A DNA stretch of 20,867 nucleotides from Halalkalibacterium halodurans (GCF_004376175.1 NZ_SNUY01000066.1:1-20867); one strand, 5' to 3'; positions 7,976 to 16,144 are shown, numbered from the stretch's first letter. A program made the numbers and translations. The notes: generated by a model from the letters alone, not told the origin.

Positions 7976-8521
7976 ATGAAGATACATCCAAAAGCTTTTC
8001 TTTGCAACGGGATGGACTGTGTCATACGATCGGCAACTGAGGATGATGCGAGAAATTTATCGGAAGTAAGGCTGCAAATCGATGGCGAAACGGAATATTT
8101 AGATCGAGAACAGGGCGAGGCGTTTTTAGATGAATCGGCCTTTAAACAGATTATCAGAAAGGATACGGAAAATAGCTATCATTTGTTTTTAGTAGCAGAA
8201 GTGGATAAGCGAATTGTCGGCTTCTCTCGCTGCGAAGGAAACAAACTGAAACGGTTGGCTCACAAAGTCGAATTTGGCGTTTGTGTGTTAAAAGAATGGT
8301 GGGGATATGGGATCGGAAAGCACCTTTTGGCCGAATCCATCCATTGGGCCGACACAAGTGGAATCAAGAAAATGAATTTAAGTGTGCTTGAAACTAATGG
8401 CAAGGCAATTAAACGATATGAACAATTTGGATTTGAAGTGGAAGGGGTGTTACAAAAGGACAAACGACTTTCAGACGGAACATACTACAATACCGTTTTG
8501 ATGGGAAGGTTTAAGGAGTAG
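7976..8521 (+). CDS. GNAT-family N-acetyltransferase
   Basis: ATG 7976 is preferred over 7958 because RBS GAGGGG sits 5 nt upstream. The acetyl-CoA binding motif is VLKEWWGYGIGKHLL, and the tail LSVLETNGKAIKRYEQFGFEVEG is typical of GNAT. Confidence 0.85.
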   Translation: MKIHPKAFLCNGMDCVIRSATEDDARNLSEVRLQIDGETEYLDREQGEAFLDESAFKQIIRKDTENSYHLFLVAEVDKRIVGFSRCEGNKLKRLAHKVEFGVCVLKEWWGYGIGKHLLAESIHWADTSGIKKMNLSVLETNGKAIKRYEQFGFEVEGVLQKDKRLSDGTYYNTVLMGRFKE

Positions 8522-8658
8522 AGGTTCATACATAAAAGATGTTTTTCTGAGCGAGTGAAAATGCAACGTATTAACGTCACCTTTATTTATGACCATTTAA
8601 TGGTGCTAAATGTGGTAAAATTTGATATAAAGGGACGTCAACTATTTTGGAGGTATGC

Positions 8659-9207
8659 ATGAATATCGGTGCCGAGTATTTAAACGTCGTGATTGAGAGA
8701 TTTGAAAGTGTTAAACGACTAGGTGATCGAACATTAAGTCAATTATCAAATGAGGACATCCATTGGTCCCATCACGATGAGTCCAATAGTGTGGCGATCA
8801 TTGTCAAGCATATGAGTGGCAATATGATTTCCAGATGGACTGATTTTTTAACGACCGACGGAGAGAAAGAATCTCGCAATCGTGACGAAGAATTTACCGA
8901 CGATATCACTTCTAAAGCAGAACTAATGGCGATCTGGGAAAAAGGGTGGTCTGCACTCATGAAGGCGCTCGGTGAACTACAGCCTGACGATTTACTGAAG
9001 ACGGTAACGATTCGCGGGGAAAAACATCTAGTCCTAGCAGCCATTGAACGGCAGGTGGCCCATTATGCTTATCATGTCGGACAGATCGTATATATTGGAA
9101 AGGAACGAAAACATACAGATTGGGAAAGCCTCAGCATTCCAAAAGGGCAATCCGAGACCTACTTACAGCAAATGCTAAATAAACATAGGTCAGATAATGA
9201 AAAGTGA
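8659..9207 (+). CDS. DinB-superfamily protein (DUF1572-like)
   Basis: ATG 8659 is preferred over the track's TTG 8647, with GGAGG at 8649-8653. Motifs are ...SNSVAIIVKHMSGNMISRWTDFLTTDGEKESRNRDEEF... and ...QVAHYAYHVGQIVYIGK..., the His-containing four-helix DinB pattern. Confidence 0.75.
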   Translation: MNIGAEYLNVVIERFESVKRLGDRTLSQLSNEDIHWSHHDESNSVAIIVKHMSGNMISRWTDFLTTDGEKESRNRDEEFTDDITSKAELMAIWEKGWSALMKALGELQPDDLLKTVTIRGEKHLVLAAIERQVAHYAYHVGQIVYIGKERKHTDWESLSIPKGQSETYLQQMLNKHRSDNEK

Positions 9208-9252
9208 ACAGGGGAATTCGTTGAGGCAAGTTCGTATGAAGGAAGTGTTGCT

Positions 9253-10086
9253 ATGAAGTTCACGACGAATGACGGATTACAGCTTGTTTACGACCGTCAT
9301 GGAAAGGGAGCACCTTGTCTTTATTTACACGGCGGACCGGGCTATTGGAGTAAGTCATTTCAACAGTGCACACAAAGGCTTTTAGAAGAGAAACTAGAAA
9401 TGATTTATTTGGATCAGCGTGGCTGTGGACGCTCGGATCATTGCCCAAACAAAAACTATTCGTTGCAGCGGCTCATTGATGATGTGGAGCAATTGAGGCA
9501 TAGGTTGGGAATCGATGAATGGTATGTGATGGGGCACTCATTTGGAGGAATCCTTGCTGTCCATTACGCTCACCGTTTTCCCGATAGAACAAAAGGGCTG
9601 ATCCTGGTCAATGCATCGTTACACATGTTAGATTCCCTTCGTCATCAGTTAACAAAAGGTGCAACGATTTTAGGAAGACCAGAAAAGGAACACACTACAA
9701 ATGATCTTGATTTGATCATGAAAGACTATTTGGCGATGGTACAGACTTTGTTAAAAAACGACACGTATTTCACCTTTCAGTTTGTCGACATCACCCAGAA
9801 AAAACGAATGGATGAGGTGGATCGGGATGGATTGAATAGTGACGTCGCCTTTCAACGGTATGTTTTTTCCTCACTTGACTACTTTCAAGATTTTACTCCA
9901 TTAACGGCAAAGATTATGAAACCGACACTGGTTATCGCTGGAGCATATGACCATGCGATTGGCCCGAAACATCATCAGCGGTTCAAATTTGAACATTCTG
10001 ATGTCCGCGTATTAAAAAGCGCACACCATCCTTATCTTGAACATCCAAGCGAATTTCAACAGGCGGTCTTAGACTTTATTGACTAG
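9253..10086 (+). CDS. Alpha/beta-fold hydrolase, proline-iminopeptidase-like (S33)
   Basis: HGGPG oxyanion motif (LYLHGGPGYW). The nucleophile elbow is GHSFGG. The C-terminal HHPYLEHP supplies the catalytic His region. RBS is GAAGGAAG. Confidence 0.85.
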   Translation: MKFTTNDGLQLVYDRHGKGAPCLYLHGGPGYWSKSFQQCTQRLLEEKLEMIYLDQRGCGRSDHCPNKNYSLQRLIDDVEQLRHRLGIDEWYVMGHSFGGILAVHYAHRFPDRTKGLILVNASLHMLDSLRHQLTKGATILGRPEKEHTTNDLDLIMKDYLAMVQTLLKNDTYFTFQFVDITQKKRMDEVDRDGLNSDVAFQRYVFSSLDYFQDFTPLTAKIMKPTLVIAGAYDHAIGPKHHQRFKFEHSDVRVLKSAHHPYLEHPSEFQQAVLDFID

Positions 10087-10112
10087 CTCCATTCAAATGA
10101 ATGGGCTTTTTT
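10087..10112 (+). terminator. Rho-independent terminator after the hydrolase gene
   Basis: ccattc (10089-10094) pairs with gaatgg (10099-10104) around the loop aaat, followed by gc and TTTTTT (10107-10112). Confidence 0.65.
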
Positions 10113-10137
10113 GTCATGAAGCAAGAACAAAAATCTT

Positions 10138-10166
10138 TTGACACATGAAGTGGTCTCGTTTAAAAT
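10138..10166 (+). promoter_or_regulatory. Sigma-A promoter of the zagA/yciC-like gene
   Basis: TTGACA (10138-10143), a 17-nt spacer, then TAAAAT (10161-10166). This is a near-consensus promoter. Confidence 0.75.
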
Positions 10167-10172
10167 TGAAAA

Positions 10173-10187
10173 TAGTAATTATTACGA
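10173..10187 (+). promoter_or_regulatory. Zur box (Fur-family 7-1-7 operator)
   Basis: TAGTAATtATTACGA matches the B. subtilis Zur consensus TCGTAATnATTACGA at 13 of 14 positions, with matching AAA/TTT flanks. It lies 7 nt downstream of the -10 and so covers the transcription start region. Confidence 0.8.
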
Positions 10188-10215
10188 TTTACAAAAAGGA
10201 TTTTAGGAGGCCCAT

Positions 10216-11415
10216 ATGAGTCAAACGATTCCGGTCACGGTTTTAAGTGGATATCTTGGATCAGGGAAAACAACGTTGCTTAATCATCTATTGAAAAATC
10301 GCCAAGGGTTAAAAATTGCGGTAATTGTCAATGACATGAGTGAAGTGAACATTGACGCCGAATTGGTGAAGCAGGGCGGTGAATTGTCTAGGACGGAAGA
10401 GAAATTAGTTGAGATGTCCAATGGCTGTATTTGCTGCACATTACGTGAGGATTTGTTAATTGAAGTCGAGAAGCTAGCACGTGCGGGAAATATTGATTAT
10501 ATCGTCATTGAATCGACCGGCATTAGCGAGCCGATCCCTGTGGCACAAACATTTTCCTACATTGACGAGGAACTTAACATTGATTTAACGAAGTTTTGCC
10601 GCTTGGATACGATGGTGACGGTTGTGGATGCGAATCGTTTTTGGCATGATTTTCGCTCAGGTGACAGCCTGCTTGATCGAAAGGAGGCGCTCGGTGAGGA
10701 AGATGAGCGGGAGATTGCCGATTTGCTTATTGATCAAATCGAGTTTTGCGATGTGCTGCTGTTAAACAAGTGTGATCTTGTGGAAGAAGCGGAGCTTGAG
10801 AAACTAGAAAGCGTGCTCAAAACTTTACAGCCAAAAGCGAAAATCATTCGCACGATTAACGCGGAGGTTGACCCGAAAGAGATATTACATACGGGGCGAT
10901 TTAACTTTGAAGAGGCGAGCAACTCTGCCGGTTGGATCCGAGAGCTTACAGCTGGACACGCGCAGCATACACCGGAAACGGAGGAATATGGGATTTCGTC
11001 GTTCGTCTATACGAGACGGGAGCCGTTCCATTCAGAACGCTTCAACCACTGGATTCATTCGATGCCTGAAAATATCGTTCGAGCTAAAGGGATTGCATGG
11101 TGCGCCACGCGAAACAACTTGGCGCTTTTACTCTCACAGGCGGGACCGTCTGTAACCATCGAGCCTGTTTCATTTTGGGTTGCCAGCCTTCCAGAGGCAG
11201 AGAAGCAGCACATTTTACGAGAAAATCCCCACTTGCTAGAGGCTTGGGATGAAACGTACGGAGATCGTCATACTAAATTAGTGTTTATTGGAACCGACTT
11301 AAACCCGGAAGAGATTACACGTGAATTAGATCACTGTCTGTTAACAGACGGAGAGTTTTCGTCGGATTGGGAGCAGCTAGAAGACCCATTCAAGTGGAAT
11401 TTGCAAAGAGCGTAG
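10216..11415 (+). CDS. zagA: COG0523 zinc metallochaperone GTPase, ZagA (YciC) orthologue
   Basis: 399 aa with RBS AGGAGG. It is near-colinear with B. subtilis YciC as recalled from memory: IPVTVLSGYLGSGKTTLLN (P-loop), MSNGCICCTLREDLL (CxCC metal motif), IVIESTGISEPIPVAQTF (switch II), LLLNKCDLV (NKxD), and the CobW_C region FVYTRREPFHSERF...VRAKGIAWCA. A Zur box lies upstream. Confidence 0.93.
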   Translation: MSQTIPVTVLSGYLGSGKTTLLNHLLKNRQGLKIAVIVNDMSEVNIDAELVKQGGELSRTEEKLVEMSNGCICCTLREDLLIEVEKLARAGNIDYIVIESTGISEPIPVAQTFSYIDEELNIDLTKFCRLDTMVTVVDANRFWHDFRSGDSLLDRKEALGEEDEREIADLLIDQIEFCDVLLLNKCDLVEEAELEKLESVLKTLQPKAKIIRTINAEVDPKEILHTGRFNFEEASNSAGWIRELTAGHAQHTPETEEYGISSFVYTRREPFHSERFNHWIHSMPENIVRAKGIAWCATRNNLALLLSQAGPSVTIEPVSFWVASLPEAEKQHILRENPHLLEAWDETYGDRHTKLVFIGTDLNPEEITRELDHCLLTDGEFSSDWEQLEDPFKWNLQRA

Positions 11416-11429
11416 ACGGCTCCTCTAAA

Positions 11430-11465
11430 AAAGATAGAGCTCAACTTTGATTGGGTTCTATCTTT
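11430..11465 (+). terminator. Weak terminator or attenuating hairpin between the two COG0523 genes
   Basis: aaagataga (11430-11438) pairs with tctatcttt (11457-11465) around an 18-nt loop. The downstream sequence is only moderately T-rich (cattgttt). Confidence 0.4.
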
Positions 11466-11475
11466 CATTGTTTAT

Positions 11476-11507
11476 AAATAAGGATAATTACGATTTATGA
11501 AACGTAA
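11476..11507 (+). promoter_or_regulatory. Degenerate Zur-like operator upstream of the second COG0523 gene
   Basis: The right half-site plus flank, ATTACGATTTA (11487-11497), is identical to the right arm of the boxes at 10181-10191 and 17612-17622. The left half TAAGGAT matches TCGTAAT at only 3 of 7 positions. The same ATTACG is also part of a second palindrome, TTACGaTTT-atg-AAACGTAA (11488-11507). Confidence 0.45.
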
Positions 11508-11540
11508 CAATAAAAGAGTACACATTTGGAGGGAGATCAA

Positions 11541-12488
11541 ATGGTGAAAGTACCGGTATTTATCTTAAGTGGTTTTTTAGGAAGCGGGAAAACAACGTTA
11601 CTGGAACGGCTGTTAGTTGAAAGTGAAAAGAGAAAACTAAAATCTGCGGTGTTAATGAATGAGATGGGAAAAACCGATACAGATGGCCAGATGATTTCAG
11701 AGAAAAGTCATCAGGTCGAAAAGTTATTAGATGGTTGTATGTGCTGCAATAAAAAAAGTGAAGTGGTTAACTGCATGGAAACGTTGTTAGCGCGAAAGCC
11801 TGACGTGCTTTTTATTGAGCTAACAGGTGTAGCCAACCCTGAAGAAGTAGTCGACTCGTTGACAGAGCCTCAGATCATTGATCGAGTGTACGTGAAGAAG
11901 ATAATTACATTAATCGATGCGGAGAATATTCTTGCTTATAACAGTTTGTTTGACTCCGATCGAGAGCTTGTAAAAACAACGAGACGGCAAGTGGAGGTAG
12001 GGGATTTCCTCATAGTTAATAAAATCGACTTAGTGTCAGATTCAAAAAAAGCGAAAATCGAAAAATTCATTAAACGGCTCAATCCTGTTGCCAAGACCGT
12101 ATTTTCTACGTACAGCAAGGTGGAGTTAGATTCACTTTTTAATACGGCACCATCCTCGATCGAGCACAACCGTATGAGACTCAAAACGAATGATCATCAT
12201 CATTCGTTTTCAAGAGTGAAAAGCATCACCTTATCCCTCTCCACACAAACAAGAAAGAAGGACATTGAAAGGTTTTTGAAAAAGTGGAAACCCCGACTAC
12301 TGAGGGCTAAAGGGTATGTTCATTTTGAGAATGGTACGTATTTGATGCAGCAGGCCATGAAGCGGGTTCAATGGTCACGTGCCCTTTTTCATGGCGAGCC
12401 GTACATTGTCTTAATCGGAATCGACTTACACGAGCATGAGATCAAAGAAGATTGGGCGCAGCTTGTGGAGAAAGCAACGGTTGGATAG
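11541..12488 (+). CDS. Short COG0523 (CobW/YjiA-like) GTPase with intact motifs
   Basis: ATG 11541 is preferred over the track's TTG 11526, with GGAGGG at 11528-11533. Motifs: P-loop GFLGSGKTTLL, CxCC GCMCC, FIELTGVANP, VNKIDLV, a His run NDHHHSF, and the CobW_C region LLRAKGYVHFENG...YIVLIGIDL. 315 aa. Confidence 0.88.
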   Translation: MVKVPVFILSGFLGSGKTTLLERLLVESEKRKLKSAVLMNEMGKTDTDGQMISEKSHQVEKLLDGCMCCNKKSEVVNCMETLLARKPDVLFIELTGVANPEEVVDSLTEPQIIDRVYVKKIITLIDAENILAYNSLFDSDRELVKTTRRQVEVGDFLIVNKIDLVSDSKKAKIEKFIKRLNPVAKTVFSTYSKVELDSLFNTAPSSIEHNRMRLKTNDHHHSFSRVKSITLSLSTQTRKKDIERFLKKWKPRLLRAKGYVHFENGTYLMQQAMKRVQWSRALFHGEPYIVLIGIDLHEHEIKEDWAQLVEKATVG

Positions 12489-12494
12489 ACGAAG

Positions 12495-12522
12495 TAGCTG
12501 CCTTATGCGGCTGCTTTTTTTT
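12495..12522 (+). terminator. Rho-independent terminator after the second COG0523 gene
   Basis: gctgcc pairs with ggctgc (one internal mismatch) around the loop ttatgc, followed by T8 (12515-12522). Confidence 0.65.
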
Positions 12523-12544
12523 GATGACTTCATTTTTTTCTAAA

Positions 12545-12559
12545 TCATAATAATTCTGA
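12545..12559 (+). promoter_or_regulatory. Fur-family 7-1-7 operator (Zur-like, specificity ambiguous) upstream of the permease pair
   Basis: taaaTCATAATaATTCTGAttta is a palindromic 7-1-7 site with Zur-type AAA/TTT flanks. It matches 11 of 14 positions to the Zur consensus, and also 11 of 14 to the Fur and PerR consensus boxes. The discriminating dinucleotide is CA in both arms (Zur CG, Fur GA, PerR TA). It overlaps a possible -10, CATAAT (12546-12551). Confidence 0.5.
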
Positions 12560-12616
12560 TTTACTGTTTGTCCGCATAGAGATGAAATAACCTACGTGCG
12601 GAGAGAAGGGAACTGG

Positions 12617-13618
12617 ATGGATACGAAACAGGATTATACGGGAGTTGTAGGTTTTCTGTTGCTTGGGCTAGCGGCGATCGTGATGGTCTTTCATAAGCAG
12701 TTCACGCTCCATCAGCTCATCTTGCCTGAATCGCTATTAACGTTCAATGTGATTTTTTTAAGTATTTTTATCGAAGCGATTCCGTTTGTGTTAATCGGTG
12801 TATTGATTGCTGGAATCATTCAAGTGTTTGTTACCGAAGCTCATCTTAAACGATTCATTCCGCAACATCCGTTCTTGGCGGTCATTTCCAGCTGTTTCAT
12901 TGGAGCGCTGTTTCCGGCGTGTGAATGCGGGATTGTTCCGATCGTGCGTCGCTTAATCGCAAAGGGAGTTCCCCTTTACGCCGGAGTAGGGTTTCTCCTG
13001 ACAGGTCCTTTGATTAATCCGATCGTGCTGTTTTCCACCTATGTGGCGTTTGGAGGAAGTCTACCGATGGCCTTTTTACGTATGTCGCTCGGGCTCGTCA
13101 TCGCCATCATTGTCGCTGGGCTGATTGCGAGTGTTTTTAGGCGAAATCAGCTAAAGCGGACAAGAGAAGATGTCACACGTGGTGAAACTGCTGGATCGAA
13201 GCCTCCGTTAGGCGAAAGGTTTAACGCGATGTTTCGACATTCAATTGATGAATTTTTTGACATGGGAAAGTTTTTAATGATCGGTGCACTGTTAGCTGCA
13301 TTCGTTCAAACCTATGTTTCAACTAGCTCTCTCCTCGGACTTAGTGAAGGGATCGTTACGTCTACGCTCATCATGATGGGACTTGCTTACCTTCTTTCTT
13401 TATGTTCAGAGGCGGATGCCTTTATTGCGGCTTCCTTTCATCATGTGTTCCCGCAAACCTCGCTCCTTGGATTTTTAATTTACGGCCCAATGTTAGATTT
13501 GAAAAATACGATCATGATGCTGGCGGTCTTTAAGTTTCGATTTGTCATGGTGCTAATGGTGATGATCACAGGCACCGTTGCGGGGATTTTGCTACTAATG
13601 CATCCATGGATTGACTAG
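12617..13618 (+). CDS. Polytopic membrane permease, COG0701 / DUF318 (ArsP_1-like) family
   Basis: ATG 12617 is preferred over the track's GTG 12596, with the GGAGAGAAGGG RBS region upstream. The protein is highly hydrophobic with about 8 or more predicted TM segments. It carries the family-typical Cys motif FPACECGIVPIVRRL and a second half with LSLCSEADAFIAASF. The stop overlaps the RBS of the next gene. Confidence 0.8.
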   Translation: MDTKQDYTGVVGFLLLGLAAIVMVFHKQFTLHQLILPESLLTFNVIFLSIFIEAIPFVLIGVLIAGIIQVFVTEAHLKRFIPQHPFLAVISSCFIGALFPACECGIVPIVRRLIAKGVPLYAGVGFLLTGPLINPIVLFSTYVAFGGSLPMAFLRMSLGLVIAIIVAGLIASVFRRNQLKRTREDVTRGETAGSKPPLGERFNAMFRHSIDEFFDMGKFLMIGALLAAFVQTYVSTSSLLGLSEGIVTSTLIMMGLAYLLSLCSEADAFIAASFHHVFPQTSLLGFLIYGPMLDLKNTIMMLAVFKFRFVMVLMVMITGTVAGILLLMHPWID

Positions 13619-13629
13619 GAGGGCAGACG

Positions 13630-14361
13630 ATGATGTACATACGCACAAACCAATTGCTGAAAGCGGTCATCTTATTGCTGTTTGCGGTGTTTCTCTTCCT
13701 GTTGCATGAGACGGGAGAGATCGCTCGGTTTATCAACCCCCAATACGTGCACCTCAGTCAAATTGCGTCGATCCTCTTCTTGTTTTTATTTTTCATCCAA
13801 GTGCCGAGAATGTTCACGAATTCAGAGGACGACCTTTGCGGGTGTGGCCTTTGGGGCTGTAGTCATGGAGAAGAAGGACGTTTTGCTATGAAGCATGTTA
13901 TTTCCTATGGACTCATCAGCTTGCCACTAATGATCGGCTTTCTGTTCCCATTTAAAGATTTTGGAGCGGCTGAAGCGCTAAAACGAGGGGTTCAGTATCA
14001 AGTATCCCAACACGAAGCACGCGATGAAGCCTCTTTAGAGAAAAATGTGCAAGAGCTGCTGGAGCAGTCTGCTTTGATATTACACCGTGACAATTTCGTT
14101 AGCTCATTGCGGGCGCTAACGACATACCCTACGCGCTTTGTTGGCAAACCAATTTTGCTAGAAGGGTTTATTATAGAGGACTGTCAGGATGAAAAGGTGA
14201 CGGTCATTACACGATTTCTCGTCACCCATTGTGTCGCGGACAGCCATGCGGCAGGATTCATCCTTGAGCATGAGGATTCATTAGGGGGAAGAGAGGATCA
14301 ATGGCTTCAAGTAATGGGTGTGTTAGATGTCAAAATAGAGACTCGGAAATTAAATAGCTAA
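13630..14361 (+). CDS. TIGR03943 / DUF1980 partner subunit of the two-component membrane permease
   Basis: RBS GGAGGG at 13618-13623. There are two N-terminal TM helices, a Cys/His cluster DDLCGCGLWGCSHGEE (about nt 13831-13875), a third TM helix, then a soluble domain with the family-typical motif THCVADSHAAGFIL. It is translationally coupled to the COG0701 permease. Confidence 0.75.
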   Translation: MMYIRTNQLLKAVILLLFAVFLFLLHETGEIARFINPQYVHLSQIASILFLFLFFIQVPRMFTNSEDDLCGCGLWGCSHGEEGRFAMKHVISYGLISLPLMIGFLFPFKDFGAAEALKRGVQYQVSQHEARDEASLEKNVQELLEQSALILHRDNFVSSLRALTTYPTRFVGKPILLEGFIIEDCQDEKVTVITRFLVTHCVADSHAAGFILEHEDSLGGREDQWLQVMGVLDVKIETRKLNS

Positions 14362-14502
14362 TTCTGGGTCTTTTGGGGGATGAAAGCGAGATTCAAGAGG
14401 ACCAATTGGAATTTTCAACGTCATTTTCAAAAAAGTGCATGTTAAATAAACCACAAGCAGTGGATTTTTTAAAAAATGTATTTTAAGATGTTGATGATGG
14501 CT

Positions 14503-16005
14503 TTATAGGGAGAGCAGAGATTTAATTATGGGATCTATAGTTGAGAAATGATTCTTTTCTGCTTCCTTCATCCAGGCATCGGCATGTTGGCACATGCCGA
14601 TGATGTAACTTCGAATATTCCAATGTCTAGAACTACGACCTCTTGAATCCTCTAAACGATAATCAATTTTTTGTCGTTTGATACAACGCTCGACCCCAGT
14701 ACGTAAAGCATAACGCTTATACCATTCCTTACTATCACGTTTTACTCTAGGAAAAAGACGAGGGTTATCCTTCGTCGATGTATAAAAGGTCCGTCCATAA
14801 GCAGATTCTGAACAAGGTGTGGGACATGTCCATTTTCCAACGACAGCTGGACAGCGCCATTTACGGCGATATCGTTTCTTATCGACTCCCCAATCGAGCA
14901 TTTTTCTACCGATGGGACAGATTGGAACGCCGTCTAAGTTAATGTCCATTTCATTGTAGATGAACTGTTTTGAACGCCTTGGATTGAGGTCAATGATGGC
15001 AGAAACATCATGGTGTTCTAACATTTCATAGATCGGATAAGCATCCAGAGCTGAGTCTAGGATGACTTCACCAAACGTCCAATCGGGATACCAATGTTTG
15101 AGTTCATGGAAGGTACTGACAAACAAGACAGAGTCATGTTTACTGGCACGATACATCCTAGGATAAATCGGTAAATCATAAGGACTATCCGAAGCAGCTA
15201 CCATGAAAAGACTTCTACCATAATAGTACTTTTCACGAGAACTATCCCAACCGTAATCAGCATCAGGGTCTGAAAACTGCCGTTGACATTGGCATTTCCA
15301 ATTACCTTGTTTACGGCAGTCACAAAGGAACTTACCATAAGGCCGACCACCTGTTATCACGGGAGATCCGTCAGCCATCATGCTTAGTGATTGGGTGTTC
15401 CCTACTAATCCTTTCGATGCGGATGGATGAACGAATAAAGACTGAAAAAGGATTTGGAGCTGGTCGTGGGCCTTGGCTGTATATCGAACTTTCTTGTTTT
15501 TTAAGGCACGCTTCACTAACTTTTGAACAATTTTCGGATTTTTCGGTTCAAGTTTCTGATTCTTTTTTCCTTTCTTTTTTGCCTTCTTTAATTTTCGCTT
15601 CTTCCGATTGGATAGATGTGGAGAAGGAGCTAACCAAAGGCGATTGAAAAAGTCATAAAAGGTTCCTACTCCAGGAACATTATCCGGAGTAAAGCCACTA
15701 AGAATAGCCCAAATGGGAGTTGTTTTTAAGGTGAACACCCATTGATCTACACTGGTAACCTTTTGATCATGCATAAGCATTAAACTACGAAGCATATCAC
15801 AAGGATTACGGGGTTTTCTTCCTCTGGGATTCGAGGAATAGCGATGTTTCAGGAGAGTGCCAGCATCGGTTAGATCAACCAAAGAACACCAAACGATAGG
15901 TTTGGAGTAAAAATCCGTTAAAAAAGTTTTGTCATCGAATTGTAGATCTAGCTGTTCAACAACAAAGTTAAGATAAGATTCATGTGTACGAATGTTAGTA
16001 AGCAT
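14503..16005 (-). CDS. DDE transposase, IS1182-like
   Basis: 500 aa. The N-terminal DUF772-like region is GRKPRNPCDMLRSLMLMH...S. A Lys-rich linker follows. The DDE region has DPDADYGWDSSREKYYYGRSLF and VILDSALDAYPIY. A Cys-rich insertion is VPICPIGRKMLDW...WRCPAVVGKWTCPTPCSES. The C-terminal region RTGVERCIKRQK has the pattern typical of IS1182/IS5-type enzymes. The family call is from memory. Confidence 0.8.
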   Translation of the reverse strand: MLTNIRTHESYLNFVVEQLDLQFDDKTFLTDFYSKPIVWCSLVDLTDAGTLLKHRYSSNPRGRKPRNPCDMLRSLMLMHDQKVTSVDQWVFTLKTTPIWAILSGFTPDNVPGVGTFYDFFNRLWLAPSPHLSNRKKRKLKKAKKKGKKNQKLEPKNPKIVQKLVKRALKNKKVRYTAKAHDQLQILFQSLFVHPSASKGLVGNTQSLSMMADGSPVITGGRPYGKFLCDCRKQGNWKCQCQRQFSDPDADYGWDSSREKYYYGRSLFMVAASDSPYDLPIYPRMYRASKHDSVLFVSTFHELKHWYPDWTFGEVILDSALDAYPIYEMLEHHDVSAIIDLNPRRSKQFIYNEMDINLDGVPICPIGRKMLDWGVDKKRYRRKWRCPAVVGKWTCPTPCSESAYGRTFYTSTKDNPRLFPRVKRDSKEWYKRYALRTGVERCIKRQKIDYRLEDSRGRSSRHWNIRSYIIGMCQHADAWMKEAEKNHFSTIDPIIKSLLSL

Positions 16006-16045
16006 AATTATTCCCCCATTTCAAGTGATGAAAAAACCTTTCACT

Positions 16046-16074
16046 TAATTATTTGAGGAACAAATGTTTGTCAA
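16046..16074 (-). promoter_or_regulatory. Sigma-A promoter for the IS transposase
   Basis: On the minus strand: TTGACA (complement of 16069-16074), a 17-nt spacer, then TAATTA (complement of 16046-16051). It lies about 40 nt upstream of the transposase ATG. Confidence 0.5.
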
Positions 16075-16113
16075 GAGGAAAGTTTGTTCGCACTCCTGTT
16101 TTGGGGGTGAAGC

Positions 16114-16144
16114 AATAAAAAAGCCCTAGTCAAAAGACTAGAGC
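16114..16144 (-). terminator. Rho-independent terminator of the rpsN2 / degenerate-COG0523 operon
   Basis: The minus-strand RNA reads gctctagtc-uuuu-gactagggc (a 9-bp stem including one G-U pair), followed by TTTTTTATT. The plus strand has no T tract after the hairpin. Confidence 0.8.

Larger units (their letters stand above)
14380..16098 (-). mobile_element. IS element (IS1182-like, IS4/IS5 superfamily); boundaries provisional
   Basis: It contains the 500-aa transposase gene and its promoter. The provisional limits are set by a 9-bp direct repeat TTTTGGGGG at 14371-14379 and 16099-16107, a candidate target-site duplication. That gives about 1.72 kb. No convincing terminal inverted repeats were found by eye. 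Confidence 0.6.

Noticed and set aside
7958-10086. GNAT - DinB/DUF1572 - alpha/beta hydrolase cluster as a possible functional system
   Set aside because: These are common, individually ubiquitous housekeeping or detoxification-type genes. They share no regulatory motif, show no translational coupling beyond short gaps, and have no known pathway link. I treated them as ordinary.
10868-11155. 95-aa out-of-frame plus-strand ORF inside zagA
   Set aside because: It is embedded in a gene whose frame is strongly supported, and its translation is Arg/Ser-rich frame noise.
15387-15647. 86-aa plus-strand ORF inside the IS
   Set aside because: It is antisense to the Lys-rich linker of the transposase, which explains the Phe/Leu-rich product. 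It has no RBS.
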